From: Zygnema circumcarinatum SAG 698-1b
Lineage: Eukaryota; Plantae; Zygnematophyceae
Assembly (NCBI GenBank): GCA_037447605.1
Contig: CM074814.1
Span: 2,604,001 to 2,668,000, forward strand
Length of the DNA: 64,000 bases
Reading direction: 5' to 3'
A program made the translations under genes and the position numbers. Shown one piece after another: positions 10,852-21,528 of this stretch. The notes under the pieces are model-generated. The model was given only the letters and a program-made list of their open reading frames with translations, was not told the origin of the DNA and searched no databases. Every line of letters begins with the position of its first letter. The first letter of the stretch is position 1.

Positions 10852-13001
10852 GGGAGAAGGCGGGGGAGGGGGGCGAGGGGAGAGAGGGAGAGAGTCAGAG
10901 ACAGGTGATTAATGAGACTTTGCTGGTTTGTTGTTATCCATTGCTGTCCTGTTTGGAGGGGACATCACTGAAGCAGGCATCTTGCGATGGGCCCTGTTAG
11001 GCGGCAGGGAATGAATCATGGACGACGCTCCTATGTGCTGAGCAGTCGGCGCCGTTGGAGAACTCGAATGTTCTTTGAGAGACTATGCGTGTGGGGAGGG
11101 GAGCCACGGGACAGTATGGAGAGGAAGCATTCACCAATACCTTTGGATATCGGAGATTGTAAGAGTTAGGGTTGAGGAATGTGGTGTTTGGATACAGTTG
11201 TTCATCCTTTTTGAGAGAAGTGCAGACACCAGCTTTATTTTGGATATCGCTTCTGCATGGCGATATCCTTTAAAGGAGTTTGGCAAAGGAGGAACTGATG
11301 CTGCTGCAATACGAGTTCCGATTATGGACGGATAGTGGCACAGCACAATCAGTCTCCGGGCAGGGGGGCCCATAAAACTAGGGTAACCAGTTGCTGTCAA
11401 TCAGAGAGTAAGCTGGACAGATATGACTAGTAGAGGGATTATCTGTCCTTGTGAGTTCCATTCTAAACTGTACATTTGAATTTACATTTCAATCCTTCAC
11501 TTCGACCCTTAAAAGCCCAGTAGCCATTTTTATCCATTACGAGCGTTTTCTACAACGAAAACACGTGGCCATATGATAATCACATCAAGTTTCGTTTACA
11601 TTAGCACGTGCTTGACGGGTTTTACATACTCACCTTAAAGGTTTCACCATCTCATGGGAAAACATTTCAGTTGGAAAAGAAGTCCGCCAAACAACACAGT
11701 TTTATCAAGAATGCGGAAGATAGAAGCTTCTTGGGGCAAATAACGGAGCAGAGTGACAAGACAAGTTGAAACAGCAGTATGAAACGTTCAAAAGCACTTG
11801 ATTTCTTAGTTGAATGAGAAAGGCATAATAAACAATGCTATTCCAATGTAGTCTTACATGTAAAGAGCAGGAGTGCGCGACGGAGGGAGAGATAAAGGGA
11901 AAGAGGGAGGAGAGAGTGGGAGGGAGAGGCTGAGGGAGAGGAAGAGGGAGCGCACGCATGTGACTGCAAGACATGCGCAGCTTTGGGTTCAAACTTCTGC
12001 TGATTTCAGTGACGCTTTAATAACCAGAACAAACTGAAACAACCGAAACAAGGGTGAAACAGGAGCAGATGGAGTACCATGGAGTATGGGAAAACCTCTA
12101 AACTTGAACAATGTGAACATCGTCTTATTAAAAAAATGAAATGACAGTCTTGAACAAGGCATTATTAGACATCATTTTTCTTCCAACATATCACAATCAG
12201 CGCATTCAATAGTTTGTTTCCTAAACATAAACCAGCTCATAACATATACGAATAGTTTCGTCAACTTTCCTGAACCTCGCTAAAGCGGACCAACGCATTA
12301 CGGTCGTTCCGATTAAGGTAATGGAGACTTGAATGTATGGTGTGACTCTCTTTTCTGTCCAAACAATTTACGGTAGTACAAAATCTCCCGTTCAAAACTG
12401 TGCCCCCCCCAGCAGTAACCTGTAGCGCTGTAAAAAAATTTCGCTGCAGCGCAAATGAGCTTATCGAGAATTCCTTGCAGGCCATTGTCGATTGATTCCA
12501 ACGGCCCCAAAGTGTAATTAGAAAAGCCCCGAAAGTTACTCAAAGTAAGCGGATGATGCTCCTTCACAATGTCCTTCATACACGCAATGGCTATATTGGG
12601 AGAGGTCAACGAGTAAGTATAAACTTGAAAGGTCGCTGGAGAAATGTCGCTTGCGATGTAAAACGCTGAATCAAGTATGTTACCATGTGCAGACATCAGC
12701 GACTTTTTTATACTCTCACAGCATAGGGTTACCCTTTTCTCTCTTGCAGACTCTTTGACTAACAAATGAGTTACCCACTCCCATCTCAAATGGACTCCCA
12801 CCAATCGCTCTCCGAACTCCTCCTTTGCCACCTTCGCCAACTCAATCAATTCAGGAGAAAACTGCACATCGTCTAAATGAGTATCAAAGCTCCCTTCGAC
12901 GGCGCCCTCCCAAGTATTCTTTTCAAATATGAGAAGGTTTCCCTTAATTAAGCTCACTCGTTCAAGGAGTTGGTCTGTGTTGACAATTTGAGCCTGGTCC
13001 C

Positions 13002-13724
13002 TGTCAGAGTTAGTTCCCCCTTCGGATGTGCCCTCACCCACAGCGGAAGACATTACAGACTGAGAGAACACACAAGGGAAACACGCTGAAAAATATGGAG
13101 AAAGCTCTCAGGCCTAAAACTCCATTAAATAAAAGGCAGGATGATTACATAGAGTATATTCAGCACTAAGCCTAGCACTACTCTTTAAACACCCCCCCCC
13201 CCTTCTCTCGGTTCAACACACAGTCTCTAAACAGCCTACACAAGGCCTGTCAGACACTGTAAACTACAGAGAGTAATTCTAAGCTAAGCACTAAGCACTA
13301 TAAATGCCGAAGCACTGAAGGGAGCCGCAGCTCCTCATTCGGCCGCACTCCCACCGCTCCAATAAGCCTCCATGTCTGCCGCGCCTTGCTCGCTTCGACG
13401 CCCGCCCTGGCTCCCGCCCTGGATCCCGCCCTGGCTCCCGCCCTGGCCACCGTATTGTGCTAGCTGGCTGCCCGGCAGGCCATGTCCTCCGCCCAATGAG
13501 CCTGGGAGCTCGCCATTCCTGCGCTGCCTCCTTGCAATTCCTGTAACCCTAATTGCCAAGTGACGGCCCCCGATTGGCTGCCCCTTCGGCCTAGCCAACC
13601 GGTGGTATACCGCACCACCCGCCATACAATAAGCGTTCAGTACTATTGTCCGTACATCCGTACAGTTCGTATACTTCGTCCAAATCCCACAACTCTCAGC
13701 TGTACGGCTATCCGTACGCTGACA
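13002..13724 (-). repeat. 3' LTR of copia element 2 (723 bp)
   Basis: Matches 17959-18593 apart from 2 noticed substitutions and an 88-bp segment (13573-13660). Confidence 0.97.
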
Positions 13725-13750
13725 ATCCCCCTCTTGGGATTTGATGCTGA

Positions 13751-16700
13751 TCAGAGAGGGCCAATCCCGACCAAGCGGCAGTTGGTCCATAGAATCTCAC
13801 CGGTGACTGCTTTGGTTAACATGTCGGCAGCTTGCTCCAAAGTGCCGACAAAATGTACGGACACCCGCCCGGCCTCCACCTGTTCACGGACGTAATGATA
13901 TTGGATCTTGATGTGCTTGGATCGTTTGTGAAAGACAGGGTTCTCCACCAGCGCAATCGAAGATTTGTTGTCGGTTCGCAGCTTGATTTGATTCTGCGGC
14001 CTCCTGCATTCTTCGAAAAAGTTCTGTAACCAAATCGCCTCCTTGGTGGCGTGGCAGGCTGCGATATATTCAGCCTCTGTACTTGACAGCGCCACCGTAT
14101 CTTGTAGTTTTGAGCTCCAGGTCAAAGATCCGCCGCAGTTAATGAACACGTATCCTGATGTTGATTTTGACGTATCAGGATCTCCTCCCCAATCAGCGTC
14201 CGTGTAACCGTACACCCGGCTTCTTTGCCCCCTCTCAAATTTTATCCCGAATCCTGCTGTCCCTTTTACATACCGCAAGATCCGTTTGACCGCCTCCCAG
14301 TGTTGTCGTCCTGGATTCTGCATGTACTTTGAGGCTGTACTAACTGCTTTGGCTAAGTCTGGCCTAGTACCTACCATCAAATACATGAGGCTACCGATGG
14401 CTGACCGGTATGGAATGTTGGTCATCGCCTTGGCCTCCGCCGCAGTCTGAGGCTCCATCTCCTTCGAGAGTCGTACACTGCAATCCATGGGGTTGGCAGT
14501 GGGGACACAATCTTGCATATGAAATTTTGCAAGAATATCCCGGGCATATTTCTCCTGACTCATAAATAGGCTTCCCTCGGCCCCCCTCTTAAGCTGAATC
14601 CCTAATAGGTACTCAGCTTCCCCGAGATCGGACATCTGGAAGTTTGTCTTCATAAGATCTTTGAGATCCTGAATGCTCGTCATGGATTGGCTTATGACAA
14701 TCAAATCGTCCACGTATATGCCAACGTACACCATCTTGTCTCCTTCTCCCTTCCTGTAGACGGAGTGATCTGTTTCGAATCTGGTAAATCCGTTAACTCG
14801 CAAAAGATTGTCGATTTTCTCGTACCAGATTCTGGGCGCCTGCTTGAGGCCGTACAAGCTCTTCACCAACCTGCACACAAGTTTTCCTTCGCCCTGCTTG
14901 ACCGTCCCTTCAGGTTGGTCCATATAGATTTCCTCCTCTAGATCGCCGTACAGGAAAGCGGTCTTAATATCTAATTGGTGCACGTGCATGTCCTCAGAGG
15001 CTGCGATGGAGATTAGGGATCTGAGAGAGTTGAATTTGACAACTGGAGCAAAGGTCTCGGAGTAGTCTAGTCCGTACTGCTGACTGTACCCCTTTGCGAC
15101 CAGTCTGGCTTTGTACCTATCAATGCTTCCGTCAGATTTCCTTTTGATTTTAAAGACCCATTTACATCCTATGGTCTTTCTGCCAGCGGGCAGCTGCTCC
15201 AGACGCCACGTGCCATTCTCGGACAGGCTATGTAACTCACTGTCAATAGCCGTACTCCACGCCGCTGCGTCCGTACTCTCCAAAGCGGCCCGCAGAGTTT
15301 GGGGCTCCGAATCGTTCACCATCAGAACAGCTGCCATGGCTGCAAAATCCGAGGAGTCGGTCGGAACGCGCGCGGTCTCTGACACTCCGCCAACGGACTG
15401 CTGCCAGGGTGTCCGTACGGAGTGCTCGTAGGGGTCCAAACGCACGGAGACCTGTCGCTGACGGGTTCCCCTGCGTGGTGAATCAATCCTGGATTCAGGG
15501 TCATCGGATTCTGATTGTACGGCGGGGGCGTCAGGGCGAAGCGGCTCTGGGCGTAATGGATTGAGAGGTACCGACTCCATGCTCCTGGTTTCTGTTGCCA
15601 CGGCAGCACTTGCTGCTGGGAAGGGACTTGCCAAGGCTCTCGACCGCACTTCTTCCTGCACTTCTTCCCCCTCTTCGTAGAAGAACCTCAACTCACTTGG
15701 ACTCGGATTGGTGGTAGCGATGTCTGGCAGGTCATCGTGAGGTGAGTCTTCTGCGAAAGTGACATCCCGACTACTGTCAACAACGTTTGTGACTGGGTTC
15801 CACACCCTATATGCCAAACTGTTAGGAGCATAGCCGAGAAAATAACCTGGATTTGAGCGAGCAGCAAATTTAGATTGTTGCCTCGCTTTGGGAACTGCCA
15901 GCCAGCATTTGGAGCCCCAGACGCGTAAATGCTTCACTGTGGGCTTCACACCACTCCATGCTTCCTCCGGGACTTTGCCGTGCAGCGCAGTCGTCGGGCA
16001 CCTGTTTCGGATGTATGCTGCCGTACGAACTGCCTCACCCCAGAATGTGAGAGGAAAAGGAGATGCGCTGAGCATAGTCCTGGCCATATCTCCTAGAGTT
16101 CTGTTGATCCTTTCAGCTGCACCATTTTGTTGAGGAGTATACGGGGCTGAAAACTCATGCTGAATCCCAAGGGAGCGAAAATAATCTGTAAACTCACCAG
16201 ACTTGTACTCCCCTCCATTATCAGAGCGCAATGTTTTGAGTTGAAGGCCAGTCTCCCTTTCAACCTGTAAATGCCACTCTTTAAAGGCGCCAAATGCTTC
16301 TGATTTCTGTGCTAAAAGTTTGACCCAAACTTTCCTGGAAAAATCATCTAAGAAAGTAATGAAGTACCTGGCTCCACCTGCACTGCCTGGAGTGATTGGG
16401 CCGCAAAGGTCAGAGTGAACAAGTTGAAGACGTTCTTGAGCACGGTTCTCCTCAGGTCGTTGCTTGCTAAAAGAATGACGGTGAGCTTTGCCAGCTTCGC
16501 AGTCTGGGCAGACATCTTGATCTTCAATGTGCAGTTGTGGCCCTAATCCTCGAACCAAACCTTTTACCGCAAGGGTCTTCAAACTGGGAAAGCCTAAGTG
16601 ACCCAGCCTGCGATGCCAGAGCTTGGCAGTAGAATTCTCAGTCACTGCACACACCTGTTCAAATTTCGCCTTCTTCCAGTCGAGAAAGTAGAGGCCGTTT

Positions 16701-18010
16701 CTCTCGGTGCCCTTGCACAAAGTCTGCCCGGTGGACTTCCGAACCACCTCACAAGCATCCCCATCAAACCAAGTTCTATATCCCTGTTTCCCCAACTGGC
16801 TGACTGAAATGAAATTATTCTGCAACCCAGGAGTGTGCAGGACATTTCCAATGGAGAGAACGGTTTTCTTGCTGACTCCAATCGCTTCCAACTTGACGAG
16901 TCCGCCTTGAGTCACTTGAAATTTATCACCCGTGGCAGCATAGACCGAACGAGAAGTTTCCAACTGGTGTAGCTCTGCAAACATGTGAGCCTCGGCACAC
17001 ATGTGCTTTGTTGCTCCAGAATCGATGAGCCATGGATTGCTGGGAGGATCCTCATCCTGAAACTGACCAACAAAAGCATCCTGTCCATCATCCGCGAGCA
17101 GCAGATTAGTTTCCTGCGATTTCGGGCAGTTTACCGCTTTATGACCTTTTTCCTTGCAAGTGTAGCATGCGCCGTTAAATCCAGTTTTCCTCGGCTCAGC
17201 GCCCGGCTCGTTCATCTTCCCTTTGCTGCGACAGTCCGGTGACAGATGTCCTGGCTTTCCACAAGTGAAGCACCTTGGCGGCTGCCGGCCTGAATTTCGA
17301 TCCTCCTTGTCTCTTGACACATTGTGAAATGCTAGCACATTGTCAGAATGGCCCTTTCCCTTTTTCTGCTGACGATTGTCTTCATCTTGGATTCTTCCCT
17401 TGACCTGGTCTATGTTCATTTTAGTACAGTTTAGAGTAGTTCTAAGTGAAGCAACAACCAGATTGAACCTCGTGGGCAGTCCCTCCAAAAACACATCTAT
17501 TTTATGATCTGAAGGTAAGGGCTGTCCGACTGCTACAAATCTGCTTATCAGGCTATTAAACTTAACCATATAGCTGACAAGAGTTTCATCATCTTTCATT
17601 TTTAAGCTTGCAAGGTCTGAATAAAGACTGACACTAGTACCTTCGTCTGAAATGTGATAAACATCATACAGGCTTTTCCACATATCGGAAGCAATAGGAA
17701 GGTCAATTAGTAACCCCGCTGGTACAGTACCTACATTCATTGCAATATAACAAGCGACGGTCTCATTCATGTCGTTCCACTTTTCGTATTCTGCTACCTT
17801 TGTGATCGGTGGAGCCTTGATGGTTCCATCGACGTACTTCATGAGTTTCTTCGATTTCAAGAAGTACGTCATACGCCACTTCCAGGTTTTGTAATCTGTG
17901 CCATCGAAGATGGGCACTCTGTAATTCACAGCCTCGTCACCGTGTGCTCTGATACCACTGTCAGAGTTAGTTCCCCCTTCGGATGTGCCCTCACTCACAG
18001 CGGAAGACAT
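13751..18010 (-). CDS. Copia gag-pol polyprotein (about 1419 aa from the ATG at 18010)
   Basis: Two CCHC knuckles (CFTCGKPGHLSPDC, CYTCKEKGHKAVNC), WLIDSGATKHM, WHRRLGH, D-D-E integrase, QLDIKTAFLYG/YVDD RT and YTDADWG...ADMLTK RNase H, with no stops. Confidence 0.98.
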   Translation of the reverse strand: MSSAVSEGTSEGGTNSDSGIRAHGDEAVNYRVPIFDGTDYKTWKWRMTYFLKSKKLMKYVDGTIKAPPITKVAEYEKWNDMNETVACYIAMNVGTVPAGLLIDLPIASDMWKSLYDVYHISDEGTSVSLYSDLASLKMKDDETLVSYMVKFNSLISRFVAVGQPLPSDHKIDVFLEGLPTRFNLVVASLRTTLNCTKMNIDQVKGRIQDEDNRQQKKGKGHSDNVLAFHNVSRDKEDRNSGRQPPRCFTCGKPGHLSPDCRSKGKMNEPGAEPRKTGFNGACYTCKEKGHKAVNCPKSQETNLLLADDGQDAFVGQFQDEDPPSNPWLIDSGATKHMCAEAHMFAELHQLETSRSVYAATGDKFQVTQGGLVKLEAIGVSKKTVLSIGNVLHTPGLQNNFISVSQLGKQGYRTWFDGDACEVVRKSTGQTLCKGTERNGLYFLDWKKAKFEQVCAVTENSTAKLWHRRLGHLGFPSLKTLAVKGLVRGLGPQLHIEDQDVCPDCEAGKAHRHSFSKQRPEENRAQERLQLVHSDLCGPITPGSAGGARYFITFLDDFSRKVWVKLLAQKSEAFGAFKEWHLQVERETGLQLKTLRSDNGGEYKSGEFTDYFRSLGIQHEFSAPYTPQQNGAAERINRTLGDMARTMLSASPFPLTFWGEAVRTAAYIRNRCPTTALHGKVPEEAWSGVKPTVKHLRVWGSKCWLAVPKARQQSKFAARSNPGYFLGYAPNSLAYRVWNPVTNVVDSSRDVTFAEDSPHDDLPDIATTNPSPSELRFFYEEGEEVQEEVRSRALASPFPAASAAVATETRSMESVPLNPLRPEPLRPDAPAVQSESDDPESRIDSPRRGTRQRQVSVRLDPYEHSVRTPWQQSVGGVSETARVPTDSSDFAAMAAVLMVNDSEPQTLRAALESTDAAAWSTAIDSELHSLSENGTWRLEQLPAGRKTIGCKWVFKIKRKSDGSIDRYKARLVAKGYSQQYGLDYSETFAPVVKFNSLRSLISIAASEDMHVHQLDIKTAFLYGDLEEEIYMDQPEGTVKQGEGKLVCRLVKSLYGLKQAPRIWYEKIDNLLRVNGFTRFETDHSVYRKGEGDKMVYVGIYVDDLIVISQSMTSIQDLKDLMKTNFQMSDLGEAEYLLGIQLKRGAEGSLFMSQEKYARDILAKFHMQDCVPTANPMDCSVRLSKEMEPQTAAEAKAMTNIPYRSAIGSLMYLMVGTRPDLAKAVSTASKYMQNPGRQHWEAVKRILRYVKGTAGFGIKFERGQRSRVYGYTDADWGGDPDTSKSTSGYVFINCGGSLTWSSKLQDTVALSSTEAEYIAACHATKEAIWLQNFFEECRRPQNQIKLRTDNKSSIALVENPVFHKRSKHIKIQYHYVREQVEAGRVSVHFVGTLEQAADMLTKAVTGEILWTNCRLVGIGPL

Positions 18011-18593
18011 TACAGACTGAGAGAACACACAAGGGAAACACGCTGAAAAATATGGAGAAAGCTCTCAGGCCTAAAACTCCATTAAATAAAAGGCAGGATG
18101 ATTACATAGAGTATATTCAGCACTAAGCCTAGCACTACTCTTTAAACACCCCCCCCCCCTTCTCTCGGTTCAACACACAGTCTCTAAACAGCCTACACAA
18201 GGCCTGTCAGACACTGTAAACTACAGAGAGTAATTCTAAGCTAAGCACTAAGCACTATAAATGCCGAAGCACTGAAGGGAGCCGCAGCTCCTCATTCGGC
18301 CGCACTCCCACCGCTCCAATAAGCCTCCATGTCTGCCGCGCCTTGCTCGCTTCGACGCCCGCCCTGGCTCCTGCCCTGGATCCCGCCCTGGCTCCCGCCC
18401 TGGCCACCGTATTGTGCTAGCTGGCTGCCCGGCAGGCCATGTCCTCCGCCCAATGAGCCTGGGAGCTCGCCATTCCTGCGCTGCCTCCTTGCAATTCCTG
18501 TAACCCTAATTGCCAAGTGACGGCCCCCGTACAGTTCGTATACTTCGTCCAAATCCCACAACTCTCAGCTGTACGGCTATCCGTACGCTGACA
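17959..18593 (-). repeat. 5' LTR of copia element 2 (635 bp)
   Basis: Adjacent to the PBS; lacks 88 bp relative to the 3' LTR. Confidence 0.97.
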
Positions 18594-20179
18594 GTCCCTC
18601 CCACTACTCTCACTCTATGACATGCTTGCAATGTCTGAATCACGACAACTCTCAAGTGCACACACTGAAAAGCAGATGATCCAATCAAGCACACACCGAA
18701 AGAGAAGAAGTAAGGAGAAAGCCCCTCGGCCTCAAAACTCCTTAATAAAGAAATGAAGAGAAACAAGCATTTATGTCAAGCCCTCAGGCTTCCACCTATG
18801 CTCTGACTAACTCCCCTACTTCCTGCTGCCCATACAGCCAGGCAACTACACTCGGCAACACGAGCCAAGCTACAGCTGAATTAAGTTGAACTCTCAGGTT
18901 GATTAACTCCTAATCAACACCTACTTAAATACTAAGCGCTGCACTACTCCACGTTCTACTGCACGCCGCCGCGCGCCACCGCGCTCCACCGCACAGCGCA
19001 CCTCCATGTCGCTGGCGCTCCACCGCACAGCGCACCTCCATGTCGCTGGTGATGCTCCACGTCTCCAGGAGCTCGCCTCGCACCGCTCTGGAACTCACCC
19101 TCAGGGTCGCCATGGCCAGGAGGGAGAAGGTTCGTACAGTTTCCTCCTTCCAAAGGCGCACCGACCTTCTCGAAGCTTCGCATCCACGCGCGCGCTTCTC
19201 CAGCTCCTGTGTTGGCCGTCCGTACACCCATGCATCTCGTACGCTCCGGACATTTCGTACGGTCGTCCACTAAAGCAATAAGCAATACAAAGCTGATCGC
19301 GCAGCCTAACGCTGCGCGCCACGTGTCCAAACTATACTTATCAATTCTAAGTAGACTCCTGTGGTGGCGCGGCCTATCGCCGCCCTCCACGTGTCTTCAT
19401 CAGACTTCCCGTGTTCCCACTAAGAACAGCACCCTAGCGCCTTGTTCAGACTGTGACCAAATCTCCTAAGGACCGCCGACAAAGGCTAAGGACCGTACAG
19501 CGTACAATTCTAGGCTATACCCCTATTGTACCCAACAGTCTGCCCTAATGGCTCCTTCTATTAGCCTTTCGCCGACATTTGATTTGAACAGAGTCAGTGT
19601 TGGAAGCATTGGGAGCGACCCCATGAGTGAGAGCCATTAAAGGGAGTCCGCGGTGCACATTTGAAATATATTCTTCGATCTCACACAGATTATTGGTCCT
19701 CCTCATACAAAGGTACTGGACTTTTGGCACAATTTCAATGCGTCGCATTCTGCGCACATAAAACTCGTAAGTTACCCAATCAACCTGGTTCCCAAGTTTC
19801 CTCGCATCAAAATAAGTACAGTACGGAAAATTTTGATACATAGCAATGTTGCTGTGTCCCACACGAGGAAGACTGAGTACTCGGCCAGTTTTCTTAGCCA
19901 CAAATATGACCTCACTCATATGAAGGCGGGCCCTTGAAAGCTGCTCTGGAAGCTTGAACACGGCCAAAAACGAGGAAGCCTTGAACCTCCGATCCGACTG
20001 CACGTAGATTGAAGAAAAAAAAAACATTAAACCTTCAATAATCGCAAAAGGCAACATCAAGTATGACAGATGCAAGCACTGAAATCGATTCAAAATATTA
20101 TCTTTATTGAAAACGAGCTACTCCCTGCGTTCGTTGCTCCCCCACACCCCTACCATCCGGATCTGTTGCTTCGACCCGC

Positions 20180-20400
20180 CTAGCTCTCCCTCTCCCTCTC
20201 CCTCCTCTCCCTCTCCCTCTCCTCTCCCTCTCCCTCTCCCTCCTCCCTCTCCCTCTCCCTCTCCCTCTCCTCCTCCCTCTCCCTCTCCTCTCCCTCTCCC
20301 TCTCCCTCTCCCTCTCCTCTCCCTCTCCCTCTCCCTCTCCTCTCCCTCTCCCTCTCCTCTCCCTCTCCCTCTCCCTCTCCCTCTCCCTCACTCTCACTTT
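20180..20400. repeat. (CCCTCT)n microsatellite in the O-FucT-like intron
   Basis: Direct inspection. Confidence 0.9.
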
Positions 20401-21528
20401 CACACTCACTCTCGCCCCTCCCTTTCCATGTAGAGACATTCCTGTCACACTAAAAAAAAAATCCGCTCTGCTCCCTTGTCACTTTCGTCTTCCAGCAATA
20501 CCACGCATTTCCACTAACTCGGTTTAAAACATTAAAGTCATACCCACTCCCTCTCTTCCTTCTCCTCGTGTGCTCGTTCACTCTCTCCTCCTCTCCTCCT
20601 CTCCTCCTTTTTCTCCCTCATCCTCTCCAATTCCATCACTTCTCTATCTCTCCCCATTCCAATCTTCCTTTGCCTCTCCCTTTCATTCTCTCCACCCTCC
20701 ACGTCCAGCTGGTGCCTCTCTCTTCCCTCTAGAATATCATAATTCCGATAAATTTGTCTCCTGATCCAAAGCTCCCCACAACCAGCCGACCTACCATATA
20801 CCTCGACGAGTCCCCCATCTCCACCGCACAAAGCGGGCTGTCCAGAGGCGCCCGACCATGTGGCAACATCTTGAACGTCCGCTGATCTGGACCGTCCAGA
20901 TTCCACGCCCTCGCCCGCGCGGGCCTCTCCGCCGGCCCGCGGTCCGTCATGAGCTCGAGCACCGCCGCCGCCCGCCCGAGCTCGTCCGCCGACGCCCGCT
21001 CGAAGTGCCGCAGGACGGAGGCCTTCCAACTGCGCTTAAACAGGGAGGTGTCAGCGGCCGCGGGGGCAAGGAAGAGGGACAAGCAGCAGAGAAGGGACAG
21101 GTGGAGGGTGGTCATGTGAGGGAGGGAGGGAGGGAAGGAGGGAGGGAGGNNNNNNNNNNGGGAGGGAGGATCGAGGGAGAGGGAGAGGGAGAGGGAGAGG
21201 GAGAGGGAGAGGGAGAGAGAGTTGGAGCGACCTAGGCGGGGTAAGGCTGACGGCTTACACTGGTCTGACGGATGCCTGCGCAGTGCGGGCCGCTGGCGGG
21301 CCCCGAATCCGATTTGTCGGCGGGCTAGTGAAGGCGACGGCGGGCTTCCATCGAGCGATCTGGTCAACGCCACGTGCCATATGGCCGGGCGTAGGAACAA
21401 AGTCGTCGGTCACGTCACGGTGGGCACATGCGCACTCCTTGGGGAGGGCCGCATCACGAGTTCACGACTAGGGATGGCCCGCGTTATAAATTCCGAATAC
21501 ATTATATATTTTACAACGGGTTTAAAAG

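Larger units (their letters stand above)
13002..18593 (-). mobile_element. Intact Ty1/copia LTR retrotransposon (element 2)
   Basis: LTRs 17959-18593 (5') and 13002-13724 (3'), TSD GTCCC (12997-13001 and 18594-18598), PBS at 17946-17957, PPT AAGAGGGGGAT next to 13725, single uninterrupted polyprotein ORF. Confidence 0.99.
12978..19537 (-). mobile_element. Old solo LTR (about 963 bp: 12978-13001 plus 18599-19537) split by copia element 2
   Basis: TGTTGGG...GTCAACA termini, TSD GTCTG (12973-12977 and 19538-19542), homologous to the solo LTR at 27425-28206. Confidence 0.9.
12313..21115 (-). pseudogene. O-fucosyltransferase-like (PF10250-type GT-B) gene interrupted by nested LTR insertions
   Basis: Exon 1 (21115-20795) begins with a signal/anchor MTTLHLSLLCCLSLFLAPAAA (donor atg|gtaggt). 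Exon 2 starts at 19997 (tgcag acceptor) with LPEQLSRARLHMSEVIFVAKKTGRVLSLPRVG. After the insertion, 12977-12313 encodes VGVHLRWE, FYIASD, GILDKLICAAAKFF and SFEREILYYR. One frameshift lies near 19600-19640. Confidence 0.8.

Noticed and set aside
11075-11335. 86-aa ORF downstream of element 1
   Set aside because: No recognisable motif or splice context.
13335-13790. Gly/Gln-repeat ORFs in element 2 LTRs (also 18292-18561)
   Set aside because: They come from a 12-bp GC-rich tandem in U3, with no coding evidence.
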